DNA from: an uncultured Bacilli bacterium
Lineage (GTDB): Bacteria > Bacillota_I > Bacilli_A > RF39 > UBA660
Assembly: GCA_947632595.1 (NCBI GenBank)
Contig: CANRPY010000002.1
Location: forward strand, 23,951 to 87,950
DNA length: 64,000 nucleotides
Direction of reading: 5' to 3'
The notes beneath the pieces were generated by a model, which saw nothing but the letters and a program-made list of their open reading frames with translations, was not told the origin of the DNA and made no database searches. This document shows positions 39,096 to 48,730 of the stretch, piece after piece. Numbering within the stretch: position 1 is the stretch's first letter; each line of letters begins with the position of its first letter. A program made the translations under genes and the position numbers.

Positions 39096-40148
39096 CTAAC
39101 GGAAAATGTCATCTTTTGTAAAGACATAATGTAATTTTTCTTTGGTATCTTTTCCATCCTTGATTAATTTATCTTCATAGGATGCATCATCTTTAATCGA
39201 TGAGAATTTATCTTTTAGGGCTTTACTATTTTGAAGAAGTTCTTCATCACTATCGGATAGACCATATTCTTTTTTATTTTTTTCTAACTCATCAATTAAG
39301 TCGGTATTTCCTTTCATTAAGAAGTAATCTTGATCATCACTTTCAAAGTATAGGTAAAGACTTTTTCCTTTATTATTGAGTAGCATATACATATTGTATC
39401 TTTTTACTCCTACTACTTCAATGACACAGGCAAGTTCTCGTAATTCTCCTTCTACTTTGTAGACATCAAGGGAGTTATATACTTGTCTTCCAAGTGATCT
39501 ACAGTTTGCTTCATTGGTACCATTTTCACTCCAAAATTTAGAAGTTTTGGTATTCCAGTTAAAACTATAAAAACTTAGGATAACTGCTGCTAAAAAGAAG
39601 AAGAAGATTAGAAGTGGAAAGAATACATTTACTCCACCTTTTTTCTTACATAGAGCTTCTAGGTTTTCTCCTTCTTTGGCATTTCTTTCTAATTTATCTA
39701 CTCTTTTTTCTACGATATCTAAGTATATTTTATTAAAGAATAATCCACAAAATACCATAGATAGTACAATATAAGGTACAATTACAATTTGAGCAAATCG
39801 AAGAATAATTCCTGTTACGAGTAGGCCAATGATTCCAATAATATAAAGTTTACGATATAAGAAATATATCCAACTTAATAGTAATGCGTAAATATTAAAC
39901 GGTCTTTTTACAATCCATTTATAGTCTTCTCCAATATAACTTCCCATTAGAGGATCTTCATCGGGATTATATTCTACAACTTCTTTTTTTACTTTTTTTG
40001 GTTTTTCTACAGGAGGTTCTGTTTCTGGTGCAATGTCTTCTTCTGCTGCATCAGACTCTAATGAAGCATCTAAATCATTATAGCAACCACATATGGTACA
40101 AAACTTTTCATTGTTTCGTAATTGATTTCCACAATTTTTACATACCAT
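39096..40148 (-). CDS. Zinc-ribbon domain membrane protein
   Basis: N-terminal CKNCG...CTICG zinc ribbon, acidic linker, three or more TM helices, C-terminal soluble domain. 14 nt downstream of the AAA+ gene. Confidence 0.5.
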   Translation of the reverse strand: MVCKNCGNQLRNNEKFCTICGCYNDLDASLESDAAEEDIAPETEPPVEKPKKVKKEVVEYNPDEDPLMGSYIGEDYKWIVKRPFNIYALLLSWIYFLYRKLYIIGIIGLLVTGIILRFAQIVIVPYIVLSMVFCGLFFNKIYLDIVEKRVDKLERNAKEGENLEALCKKKGGVNVFFPLLIFFFFLAAVILSFYSFNWNTKTSKFWSENGTNEANCRSLGRQVYNSLDVYKVEGELRELACVIEVVGVKRYNMYMLLNNKGKSLYLYFESDDQDYFLMKGNTDLIDELEKNKKEYGLSDSDEELLQNSKALKDKFSSIKDDASYEDKLIKDGKDTKEKLHYVFTKDDIFR

Positions 40149-40162
40149 AAGTATCCTCCTTT

Positions 40163-41146
40163 TTAATCTTCTCCTAATCTTTCATAGGTTCCTTGCGTTT
40201 CTTCTTCATATTCTTTTAATTGGTCTTCAAATAATTTATCAAATTGAGGCATTGATTTTTGAATGACATCTGGGTAGATATTTTTACTTGTTGTAATCGC
40301 AGTACGAATGTCGTGAATATTGACATCTCTTCTATTATTAAATAGCGCATTTGAGAATGCTTGTTGAATAATTGTTAGAGAAACATCTGGATATCTAGAG
40401 CCAATTTCATAGATTCTTTTATATTCACTTGTAATATCCGTAATAAACTCCATAATTCTTCTTTGAATGAAAGGAGTATACATTAATTTTGCTCCTGTTC
40501 TTGTTTCAATCTTTGGTAGAGTTCCCACTAAAATTTCGATATTTTCTTCTCTTGTTGGTTCCATAACTTCTACTTTTTGGAAACGTCTTACAAAGGCTTT
40601 ATCTCTTAAAATGTATTGTTCATACTCTTCTGTTGTCGTTGCTCCTATGACTTTAATGTCTCCTCTATCAAGGGCTGGTTTAAACATATTGGCAAAGTCT
40701 AGTGCTTCTCCTTTGGTACCCATTAACGTATGGATTTCATCTATAAATAAAATTAATTTTGTTTTATCTTTTAATTCATCAATTAAGGTTTGTACTTTAG
40801 ACTCTCCCGTTACAGGGTCTTGTCCTAGTAAAGCAGCGGTATTTAGTTTAATCACTTGATATCCTTTTAATACATCTGGTACTTGGTTTCTTTGAATTCG
40901 ATAAGCAAGTCCTTCTACAATTGCCGTTTTACCTACACCAGGTTTTCCGATTAAGACAGCGGATTTATCCGGTGTTAAGAGAATTAAGATTAATTGTTTA
41001 ATTTGCTCATCTCTTCCGATTGCTGGATTGGTAATATAGGTATTTTTTTGGAAATTTTCCCCATAATTTTCCAACATACTAATTCTTTTTGACTTAATAT
41101 CAAAGTTTTCTTCTACTTTTCTGTCAAAATATTCTTCTAGGTTCAT
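40163..41146 (-). CDS. Single-domain AAA+ ATPase homologous to the D1 module of ClpA/ClpB/ClpC
   Basis: [42 protein letters not shown] (Clp D1 Walker A region). Walker B LILFIDEIHTLMG. Sensor region RRFQKVEVMEPTREE. No N-domain, no D2, 327 aa. Confidence 0.7.
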   Translation of the reverse strand: MNLEEYFDRKVEENFDIKSKRISMLENYGENFQKNTYITNPAIGRDEQIKQLILILLTPDKSAVLIGKPGVGKTAIVEGLAYRIQRNQVPDVLKGYQVIKLNTAALLGQDPVTGESKVQTLIDELKDKTKLILFIDEIHTLMGTKGEALDFANMFKPALDRGDIKVIGATTTEEYEQYILRDKAFVRRFQKVEVMEPTREENIEILVGTLPKIETRTGAKLMYTPFIQRRIMEFITDITSEYKRIYEIGSRYPDVSLTIIQQAFSNALFNNRRDVNIHDIRTAITTSKNIYPDVIQKSMPQFDKLFEDQLKEYEEETQGTYERLGED

Positions 41147-41183
41147 CTTAACACTCCCTAACTTCTATCATTATATCATAAAC

Positions 41184-41825
41184 TTATCCTTGTTTCCTAA
41201 TATATTTTATATCTTCTATCGATTTGTCAATGTTTGAAAAACCATTTCCTACGGGATAGAAAACAGGGTAACAAGAAAAGTCTTTCTTTACAAATTTCTG
41301 TCTTCTTACTTTGCTTACACTAATTTTATCTTCTAAGACAATACTAGAAACTTGGTTTCCAAATAGAATGATTTTTTTGGGTTTTACATATTCTATTTCT
41401 TGCCAGAATAAATCTAGGTACTGTTTGTAGATTTCATCTTTTAGAGGTCTTGCATCTATTTGGGTACATTTTGCAAGATTGGTAATAAAGACTTTATTGT
41501 CTGCTACCTGCTTATATACTTTTTCAGCAAACTCTGGAGTCCAATCTTTTCCTTTCCTTTTCTTGATTTCTTCATAGGTTTTTTGATCAATTACTTTTAA
41601 TTCTTGAAAGAGATACCAAATATTTTTGGTTCCTATCCAAGGGGATTTGATTCCTGTCCAACTCTTATCTGCGGTTATATTTCTTCCAGTTGGATTCATA
41701 AAAACAAAGCATATTTCAGGATTTTCGGTACAGCCTCCAAACGTAATGGCATCTAGAGAAGGATCTCCATATTTTGTTTGCATCTCTTCATACCTTTTCT
41801 TTAATTCTTCTAGCATGTCCATCAC
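41184..41825 (-). CDS. Uracil-DNA glycosylase superfamily protein (family 4-like)
   Basis: Motif A-like FGGCTENPEICFVFMNPTGRN, compared with G-x-APG of family-4 UDGs. C-terminal region CYPVFYPVGNG. Confidence 0.45.
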   Translation of the reverse strand: MMDMLEELKKRYEEMQTKYGDPSLDAITFGGCTENPEICFVFMNPTGRNITADKSWTGIKSPWIGTKNIWYLFQELKVIDQKTYEEIKKRKGKDWTPEFAEKVYKQVADNKVFITNLAKCTQIDARPLKDEIYKQYLDLFWQEIEYVKPKKIILFGNQVSSIVLEDKISVSKVRRQKFVKKDFSCYPVFYPVGNGFSNIDKSIEDIKYIRKQG

Positions 41826-41884
41826 CTACTAATAAAATATCATAAATTGATGGGGATTACTAGTCATCTAAAAAGATAAGAATT

Positions 41885-42754
41885 TTATTTCTTATCTTCT
41901 GTTGGGTTTACATGAATAATTGTTAAATAGATTTCTGGAATTTCTTTTTCTATTTCTCTTTCCATTTTATTCGCAATCTCATGACTTTCAAAAGTCGATA
42001 AGTTTCCATCTACAAAAATGGTAAAAGAAATTTGATAACGATATCCTACTGGTGTGGAATTAAAATGATTAATTTTTTGTACTTCCTCATATTTTTCAAT
42101 TACTTTTAGTACTTTTTCTTTTGTCTTTTTATCCATACTTTTATCCATCAATACATCATAACTTTCTATGAATAACTGAATTGCTGTTTTGATAATCCAT
42201 AGAGAAATTAAAATACCTGCAATGGAATCTAAATAGCGAAACCAACTATTTAGAGTGATGGATAATAAGGTTAGTGTTGTGATTGCTAAATCATTTCTAT
42301 GATCTTTACTATTTGCTAAAATTAATATGTTTTTTGTTTTCTTGTAAAGATGGGTAGTATATAGATAAAGAGATAACTTTATAATGATTGTTAAGACACA
42401 TACAAGGACTAACCATATAGAGTATGTCATATACTCTTTCTCGACTAAATTTTCAAATACATTTTTAATCATCGTTATCGATAATAAAAACATGGAAATA
42501 CTGATTAACATGGAGTAAATATACTCGGCTTTTCCATGTCCTAGAGGATGATCATCGTCTGCTGCTTTGGATGCAATCTTATTTCCAATAAAGGTCATAA
42601 GGGAAGAGAAAATATCTCCTGCACTGTTGAATGCATCGGCAAGTAAAGATTGACTGTTACTCACTAGTGCTGCAACCGATTTGATGATTAATAAAAATAT
42701 ATTTCCTATGATTCCTAAAATTCCTGTTACTTGTGCTGATTTGTAGCGATCCAT
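41885..42754 (-). CDS. Cation diffusion facilitator family transporter
   Basis: Six TM helices plus a C-terminal cytoplasmic domain. SQSLLADAFNSAGD aligns with the CDF TM2 metal site but lacks the His. Confidence 0.65.
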   Translation of the reverse strand: MDRYKSAQVTGILGIIGNIFLLIIKSVAALVSNSQSLLADAFNSAGDIFSSLMTFIGNKIASKAADDDHPLGHGKAEYIYSMLISISMFLLSITMIKNVFENLVEKEYMTYSIWLVLVCVLTIIIKLSLYLYTTHLYKKTKNILILANSKDHRNDLAITTLTLLSITLNSWFRYLDSIAGILISLWIIKTAIQLFIESYDVLMDKSMDKKTKEKVLKVIEKYEEVQKINHFNSTPVGYRYQISFTIFVDGNLSTFESHEIANKMEREIEKEIPEIYLTIIHVNPTEDKK

Positions 42755-42768
42755 GTTGATTCTCCTTT

Positions 42769-43122
42769 TTATTTTTTTCTTAATTCTTCGTATTCTTTTT
42801 TCTTAAATCCGATTATTATTTTTTCTTCTCCTACCAATAGAGGTCTTTTGATTAACATACCATCACTCGATAGTAATTCTAATTTTTCCTCAAATGGTAG
42901 TTCTTTTATTTTTTTCGTCGCATTGATTTCTCGATACTTGATTCCACTTGTATTCCATAGTTTGTCAATTTCTAAATGGTATTTTTCTATCCAAGAAGAC
43001 AACTCTTCCTTGGTTGGGGTTTCTTCTGTGATAGAACGATCTTCAAATGAAATATGATTTTCTTCTAAATAAGCTTTTGCTTTCTTACAAGTGGAACATT
43101 TTGGATATTCAATAAACTGCAT
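42769..43122 (-). CDS. ArsC/Spx family protein (Spx/YusI-like thioredoxin-fold)
   Basis: N-terminal IEYPKCSTCKKAKAYLEE with a CxxC at the canonical Spx position. 117 aa. Confidence 0.6.
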   Translation of the reverse strand: MQFIEYPKCSTCKKAKAYLEENHISFEDRSITEETPTKEELSSWIEKYHLEIDKLWNTSGIKYREINATKKIKELPFEEKLELLSSDGMLIKRPLLVGEEKIIIGFKKKEYEELRKK

Positions 43123-43131
43123 GATGTCCTC

Positions 43132-44208
43132 CTATTTCTTACGATTTCGTAAATATTCTACGAAACCTCTTAATAAAGCTTTCTTTTCTTCTTTTATCCA
43201 GCTAATCTTTTCAAGAATTTGTAGAGATTCATCGTAGAAGGTATTCATCTTCTCTACTGCTTTTTCATAAGCTCCGGATTCTTTTAATAAATCTTGTACT
43301 TTTTCTATCTCTTCTTCCGTTAATTCTTTTTTCCCATAATACTTTAAAAATTCTTTTTTCCATTTTGTCTTTAAAATATAGGAATATAGGATGGTTTGTT
43401 TGAATTCTTTGATGTCGGATCCTTTTATTTTTCCCATTTCATCTGAATAGATTCCTAAAATATCATCTTGAATTTGAAAGGCAATTCCTGCTTTCTCTCC
43501 AAACTTTGCGATATCTTTCATTTGATCTTCTGTACCATCTGCTAAAAGGATTCCTACTGAAAGAGGTCCAATGATTGTATAATGTGCTGTTTTTAAGCGA
43601 TAAATATCCATGACATTATCTTCTAGTTTTTCTTCTTCTAAAATTCCTGCTTTTCCTTGGAATGGTAAAATGACATCAATTAGTTCTCCTCTGATGGTTG
43701 TTAAAACGGTATTGATGAAGTTTGTTAGAATTGCCCCTAGATTTTTCGTATCATGATATTTTGTAGAGATTAATCTAGCAGCATCATACATGCCATACGT
43801 TCCCATACAGATTGCTAGAGAGTCTCCTAAATGACGTGCTTCCTCTTCTCCATACTGTTTATATTTTTCATAATTTGCATAATGAATCGTGTCTTTTCCT
43901 CTTCTTTTTTCATCTTCATCAATAATATCATCGTGCACTAAGATTCCTGTTTGAAATACTTCGTAAGCTAATGCAAGATCTAAGGCATAGTCTTTATCTT
44001 CTTTCAAAAGATAATATCCTAAATCGACTAATGTTCCACGAACTAGTTTTCCATCAGAATTTAGATTTGTAAAATAAGAAAAATTAGGTTTTAAAATGGG
44101 TCCCTTATCTTTTTCTAAATTTTCATTGTATTCTTTTATTTTTTCATTTAGTTTTTCTTTGGTGTCTTTATAATATGTCATAAATTTTTCTGTATCATTC
44201 ATCTTCAC
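43132..44208 (-). CDS. Polyprenyl diphosphate synthase (trans-isoprenyl synthase family)
   Basis: First DDxxD as LVHDDIIDEDEKRRGKD. Second DDxxD as FQIQDDILG. Confidence 0.8.
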   Translation of the reverse strand: MKMNDTEKFMTYYKDTKEKLNEKIKEYNENLEKDKGPILKPNFSYFTNLNSDGKLVRGTLVDLGYYLLKEDKDYALDLALAYEVFQTGILVHDDIIDEDEKRRGKDTIHYANYEKYKQYGEEEARHLGDSLAICMGTYGMYDAARLISTKYHDTKNLGAILTNFINTVLTTIRGELIDVILPFQGKAGILEEEKLEDNVMDIYRLKTAHYTIIGPLSVGILLADGTEDQMKDIAKFGEKAGIAFQIQDDILGIYSDEMGKIKGSDIKEFKQTILYSYILKTKWKKEFLKYYGKKELTEEEIEKVQDLLKESGAYEKAVEKMNTFYDESLQILEKISWIKEEKKALLRGFVEYLRNRKK

Positions 44209-44677
44209 TCTGCTCCTTTTTCTTTGGTTTCCATACCATTATTAATAGACAGATGGTTCCCACTGTAATTCCAATGTCTGCTATATTAAAGATTGGAAAA
44301 TAGTAATTCAAAAACTTAAAGGAGAGAAAGTCCGTTACTCCCTGTTGTAGAACTCTATCGATTAAGTTTCCATAAATCCCACCCATGATGATTCCTAAAG
44401 TTAGGTTACTTGCCATGGTTAGATTTTTTTCTTCTTTTTTTATGAAGTAATTCATTCCTAATAAGAATAATACACTGAGAATGATTAAAAATAAAGTTTT
44501 ATTTTCAAAGATAGAGAATGCTGCTCCTGTATTTTTTTGGTGATTCAAAAAGAAGAAGTTTGGAATTATAGTAATTTCTTTATATAAGGGTAAAAATTTA
44601 TGAATGAAAGCTTTACTGATTTGATCGATTGCTATCCATATTCCTGCAACCATTAGAATTATTTTTCTATTCTTCAT
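44195..44677 (-). CDS. lspA: Lipoprotein signal peptidase II
   Basis: NTGAAFS, GNLIDR and FNIADIGIT motifs. Four TM helices. Confidence 0.85.
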   Translation of the reverse strand: MKNRKIILMVAGIWIAIDQISKAFIHKFLPLYKEITIIPNFFFLNHQKNTGAAFSIFENKTLFLIILSVLFLLGMNYFIKKEEKNLTMASNLTLGIIMGGIYGNLIDRVLQQGVTDFLSFKFLNYYFPIFNIADIGITVGTICLLIMVWKPKKKEQSEDE

Positions 44678-47621
44678 GTTCTTCTCCTTGTAATGATTTT
44701 ATTTTTTCTACAATCACTTGAATTTCATTTAATCTTTTTTCTACTTTTCCTCTTATTTTTACAACCATTCCTTTTTCTATTTGTTCGATTTGAGAGAATG
44801 CTTTTGGAAAGAGAATAAACTCTTTCATTCCTGTTTCATCACTGCAAGATAAAAATGCCATTTTATCTCCTTTTTTGGTAGTAATCGCTTTTATTTTCTC
44901 TACAATCACAATGGTATCTATCGTTTGGTTATAATGATTCTCAATCTCTTTAATTGGAATACAGTATGGATTTTCTTCTTTATAAATTGAAGTTGGATAT
45001 GCAGTTAGGTAGAAGCCAAATACTTCTTTTTCTTTTTCTAATAGATAGAATTCATCATACTCTTTTTTTCTTTCAATCTCTGGTTTCATTACTAGAGAAG
45101 GATCGATATCTTTTGTTAATTCTGCATAGTTAAATAAACTATCTAAGTTATCGATTAGAGTTCTTCTATTATATCCAAATTCTTGGAAGACGTCTGCATA
45201 GATTAAGGTTTCGATTGTTTTCTTGCCAACTCCTGCGATATAGAGACGACTTAGACAATCATAAATATCTTGGAAAGGACCTTCTTGTTTTGCTTTTTCT
45301 AAGGCTTCACAGACTACTACCCCAATGGATTTAATATTCGATAAGGGATAGATAATTTTATCCTCTTTTACTTGATACGTTGCTTTACTATCGTTAATTG
45401 TTGGTTTTACGATTTCTATATTATTTTTTCTTGCTTCTTGAATATACTCACTCGTTTTTGTTTCCGAACCGATTACGTTTGTTAAAAGATTTGCAAAGAA
45501 AATCGTTTTGTAATAACACTTTAAGTAAGCCATTTTATAAGCTACTACCGAGTATACAACAGAGTGAGACTTATTAAAACCATATCCAGCAAAGTTTAGA
45601 ATTAAGTTAAAGATTTTTCTTGCTTGTTCTTCTTTGTGATTTCTTTCTAGACTTTTTTTAATGAATTTTTCTTCTTCATTCTTTAGAAGTTCTTCTTTTT
45701 TCTTTGACATCGCTCTTCTTAGGATATCTGCTTCTCCTAATGTATATCCTGCATAGGTACTTGCTGCCTGCATAATTTGTTCTTGATAGATTAGAAACCC
45801 ATATGTATTTTTTGTAATTTCTTCTAGGGAAGGATCTAGATATTCTATTTTTTCTTCTTTATGCTTTCTTTTAATATAACTATCTATATTGACGGCAGCA
45901 CCTGGTCTAAATAAAGCGATTGCTGCAACAATGTCTTCAAAAGTATTTGGACGAAGTCTTTTTAAGAAGGAACGCATTCCACTGGATTCAAATTGAAAGA
46001 TTCCACAGGTATTTGCGGTTTCAAATAATTTTATCGTTTCTTTGTCATCTAATGGGATTTTTGCAAAATCGATTTCTTTTCCTTCTATTTTTTTGATGTC
46101 TGTTAAGATATTGTCGATTAATGTTAAATTTTTAATGACTAGGAAGTCCATTTTTAAGAGTCCTAGTTCTTCTAGATACTCCATAGAATAGCTTGTTAGA
46201 TAGAGATTGTCTATTTTTTGTAGAGGAATTACTTCATCTAGGTCTATACAAGACATAACAATTCCTGCGGCATGTTGGGAAGTGTGTCTTGGAAAGCCTT
46301 CTAGGCGACATGCAATTTTATATAGGTCGGATAAGATTGTATCACTTGCTACTCTCGTTTGAAAAGTTTTGTTTTCCTCATAGATTTCTTTTAGAGAGTG
46401 TTTAGATGCTTCTGGAATTAATTTTACAAGAGAGTCCACTTTATAAGCAGGTACATTTAAGACTCTTGCCACATCTCGTAAGACTTGTTTTGCTGCCATT
46501 GTTCCAAATGTAATGATTCCGGCTACTCTTTTTTCTCCATATTTCTCTTTTACATATTGGATGACTAAATCTCTTTTATTATCTGGAAAATCGGTGTCAA
46601 TATCCGGCATGGTTTTTCTTTCGGGATTTAGGAATCTTTCAAATAATAAATCATATTTTAGGGGATCAATATCGGTAATTCCTAAGGTATAGGCTACTAA
46701 ACTTCCGGCAGCACTTCCTCTTCCTGGTCCCACTAAGATTTTATTTTTTTTGGCATATTTAATAAAGTCATAGACAATTAAGAAATAATTGGCAAAACCC
46801 ATATCATTGATGACTTTTAATTCATATAGGAGTCTATCTTGATAGATTTTTGGTACTTGTTGATTTAATCTCTTATTTAGACCTGCTTTACATAGTTCAA
46901 ATAAATAAGCTTTTGGATCTTCGCATTCATAGATTGGTAATAAGTTACGAAAGGGAGGAAACTCTATTTTACATTTTTCTGTTAAGTTTAATGTGTTTAC
47001 GATTCCTGTATTATCGGATAAGGAAAGCGGATTTTCTCTTTCTAATTCATGATTTACTAAATCATAATCCATTTCCTCTGATATGGTTTTTCCATCTCTT
47101 ATTCGATATAGGTATGGTAATAAGACTTGGTCTTCTTTTGTCCCATATACATTTTTTGGAAAGAAAATTACACGATTTGTTTCTAAATAGGCTTCTTTTT
47201 CTTCTTCTTTTTTCGTAAAGGCTAGATAAGAGTCTCTAAAAATCGTTTCCCACATTTTCCAACTTGCTTTGGAATCAAAAGGAACTACTGCGATTACTTC
47301 TTGATTATGTTCTTCTACTTCTTGTTTGGTAAGAGGATGTTCATTTTGAATGGTAGATAATTTGATTAGGCTCTGATACCCTTTATAATTTTTAGCAAAT
47401 ACTACAAGGGTTGTTCCTTCTACCTTTATTTCTAATCCGATGACAGGATTTATGTTTTCTTTTTCACATTTCTTGATAAACTCCATTGTTCCATACATAT
47501 TGGTATCTGCAATGGAAATTGAGGGAAGATGATTTTTTTTGGCATAGGCAATTATGTCATCTATTTTTAATAGACTAGATAAGAGTGTATAATTACTAAC
47601 ATTCCATAATGGTATATACAT
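44667..47621 (-). CDS. dnaE: DNA polymerase III alpha subunit DnaE
   Basis: N-terminal PHP domain. Polymerase core GPGRGSAAGSLVAYTLGITDIDP. 984 aa. Confidence 0.85.
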   Translation of the reverse strand: MYIPLWNVSNYTLLSSLLKIDDIIAYAKKNHLPSISIADTNMYGTMEFIKKCEKENINPVIGLEIKVEGTTLVVFAKNYKGYQSLIKLSTIQNEHPLTKQEVEEHNQEVIAVVPFDSKASWKMWETIFRDSYLAFTKKEEEKEAYLETNRVIFFPKNVYGTKEDQVLLPYLYRIRDGKTISEEMDYDLVNHELERENPLSLSDNTGIVNTLNLTEKCKIEFPPFRNLLPIYECEDPKAYLFELCKAGLNKRLNQQVPKIYQDRLLYELKVINDMGFANYFLIVYDFIKYAKKNKILVGPGRGSAAGSLVAYTLGITDIDPLKYDLLFERFLNPERKTMPDIDTDFPDNKRDLVIQYVKEKYGEKRVAGIITFGTMAAKQVLRDVARVLNVPAYKVDSLVKLIPEASKHSLKEIYEENKTFQTRVASDTILSDLYKIACRLEGFPRHTSQHAAGIVMSCIDLDEVIPLQKIDNLYLTSYSMEYLEELGLLKMDFLVIKNLTLIDNILTDIKKIEGKEIDFAKIPLDDKETIKLFETANTCGIFQFESSGMRSFLKRLRPNTFEDIVAAIALFRPGAAVNIDSYIKRKHKEEKIEYLDPSLEEITKNTYGFLIYQEQIMQAASTYAGYTLGEADILRRAMSKKKEELLKNEEEKFIKKSLERNHKEEQARKIFNLILNFAGYGFNKSHSVVYSVVAYKMAYLKCYYKTIFFANLLTNVIGSETKTSEYIQEARKNNIEIVKPTINDSKATYQVKEDKIIYPLSNIKSIGVVVCEALEKAKQEGPFQDIYDCLSRLYIAGVGKKTIETLIYADVFQEFGYNRRTLIDNLDSLFNYAELTKDIDPSLVMKPEIERKKEYDEFYLLEKEKEVFGFYLTAYPTSIYKEENPYCIPIKEIENHYNQTIDTIVIVEKIKAITTKKGDKMAFLSCSDETGMKEFILFPKAFSQIEQIEKGMVVKIRGKVEKRLNEIQVIVEKIKSLQGEEHEE

Positions 47622-47770
47622 AATATTCCCTCCTTTTAACTTTATTTTATCATAAAAAGAAAGAGACTGTATAGGTCTTTTCCTTTGTGAAAATTGTTAT
47701 TTTATTTGACTTTATTTGGGTTTTATGTTAAAGTTATAAAGCAGTGAAGAAATACCGAAGGAGGGATAGT

Positions 47771-47950
47771 ATGGCAGTTAATATTACTACAAGAAAAGAT
47801 AATGTAAAAAATAAAAGATCTCACGCTTTAAATGCTACTAAAAAGAGACAAAATTTAAATTTACAAGTTTATAGACTTGAAGATGGAACAAAAGTTAGAC
47901 TTTCTACAAAAGAAATTCGTACTTTAGCAAAGAATGAAAAAGCTGCATAA
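47771..47950 (+). CDS. rpmB: 50S ribosomal protein L28
   Basis: MAVNITTRKDNVKNKRSHALNATKKRQNLNLQ matches the L28 core KRSHA.NATKR. RBS AAGGAGGG. The ORF-track start at 47744 is upstream of the RBS. Confidence 0.85.
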   Translation: MAVNITTRKDNVKNKRSHALNATKKRQNLNLQVYRLEDGTKVRLSTKEIRTLAKNEKAA

Positions 47951-47967
47951 ATTTGCAGCTTTTTTTG
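47942..47967 (+). terminator. Intrinsic terminator after rpmB
   Basis: GCTGCA-taaatt-TGCAGC hairpin followed by T7. Confidence 0.7.
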
Positions 47968-47976
47968 TGTCCTTTT

Positions 47977-48666
47977 TTATTTGCAAGTATAACCTTGACT
48001 TGTCATATTTGTTTGTACATCGTTTTTAGACATATCTAATTTATTAGTAATGCTAAAACGATAATTTTGTTGATGGGATTCCGGAATTTTTGTCATATCT
48101 ACTGTTGTGAAATCTACTTCTGTTGTTGTGATAGAACCTCCATCGATTGTTTGTACAGAAACTTTATATCCTGTTGTTTGCATTAAGAATGCTTGTAGAG
48201 CTGTTAAATAACTTGCTAACTCTGGTGGATCTTGTGTTACTCCGGCAGACTTAATTAATTTATAATCTTTTTTTACATTTGTTAATTTATCTCCTTTAAA
48301 GGTGAATGTTGCATCTACAATTTCATCTGTTTGATTTGGATTATTTAATCTTTCCCAATGACAAACCATTTGGGTTTCTTCTAATTTTGCAGCATCTTCT
48401 TTTTGTTCTCTTCTTTCAATTTGTTCTCTTGATTTTTCTGCTTGGTTTCTTGCAGAAATGGATTGAACTGTTGGTACTGCATTTCCTACACTAATAAATA
48501 ATAAACCAATTAATGCTAAAATAATAGATGGTTTTTTACTGGATAATTTTTCTATACGTGCAGTTTCTTTAAAATCTTTTAAATTTAAAACTTGTGTACG
48601 TTGTAATTCTTCATCTGATAATTGTTGATTTCTTTGTGTTCCTACCTCTTTCTGTGCCATGTACAA
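47977..48666 (-). CDS. Hypothetical membrane-anchored protein
   Basis: Single TM helix SIILALIGLLFISVGNAV. Extracellular domain with no known motif. Confidence 0.45.
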   Translation of the reverse strand: MYMAQKEVGTQRNQQLSDEELQRTQVLNLKDFKETARIEKLSSKKPSIILALIGLLFISVGNAVPTVQSISARNQAEKSREQIERREQKEDAAKLEETQMVCHWERLNNPNQTDEIVDATFTFKGDKLTNVKKDYKLIKSAGVTQDPPELASYLTALQAFLMQTTGYKVSVQTIDGGSITTTEVDFTTVDMTKIPESHQQNYRFSITNKLDMSKNDVQTNMTSQGYTCK

Positions 48667-48730
48667 TCACCTCTATCCTAATTACATTATAATCAATTCT
48701 TTGTTTGAATTCAAGAAAAAATAACTATTT

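Noticed and set aside
47744-47770. Upstream in-frame ATG extending rpmB (MKKYRRRDS...)
   Set aside because: The strong RBS AAGGAGGG lies between the two ATGs. The conserved L28 N-terminus begins at MAVNIT (47771).
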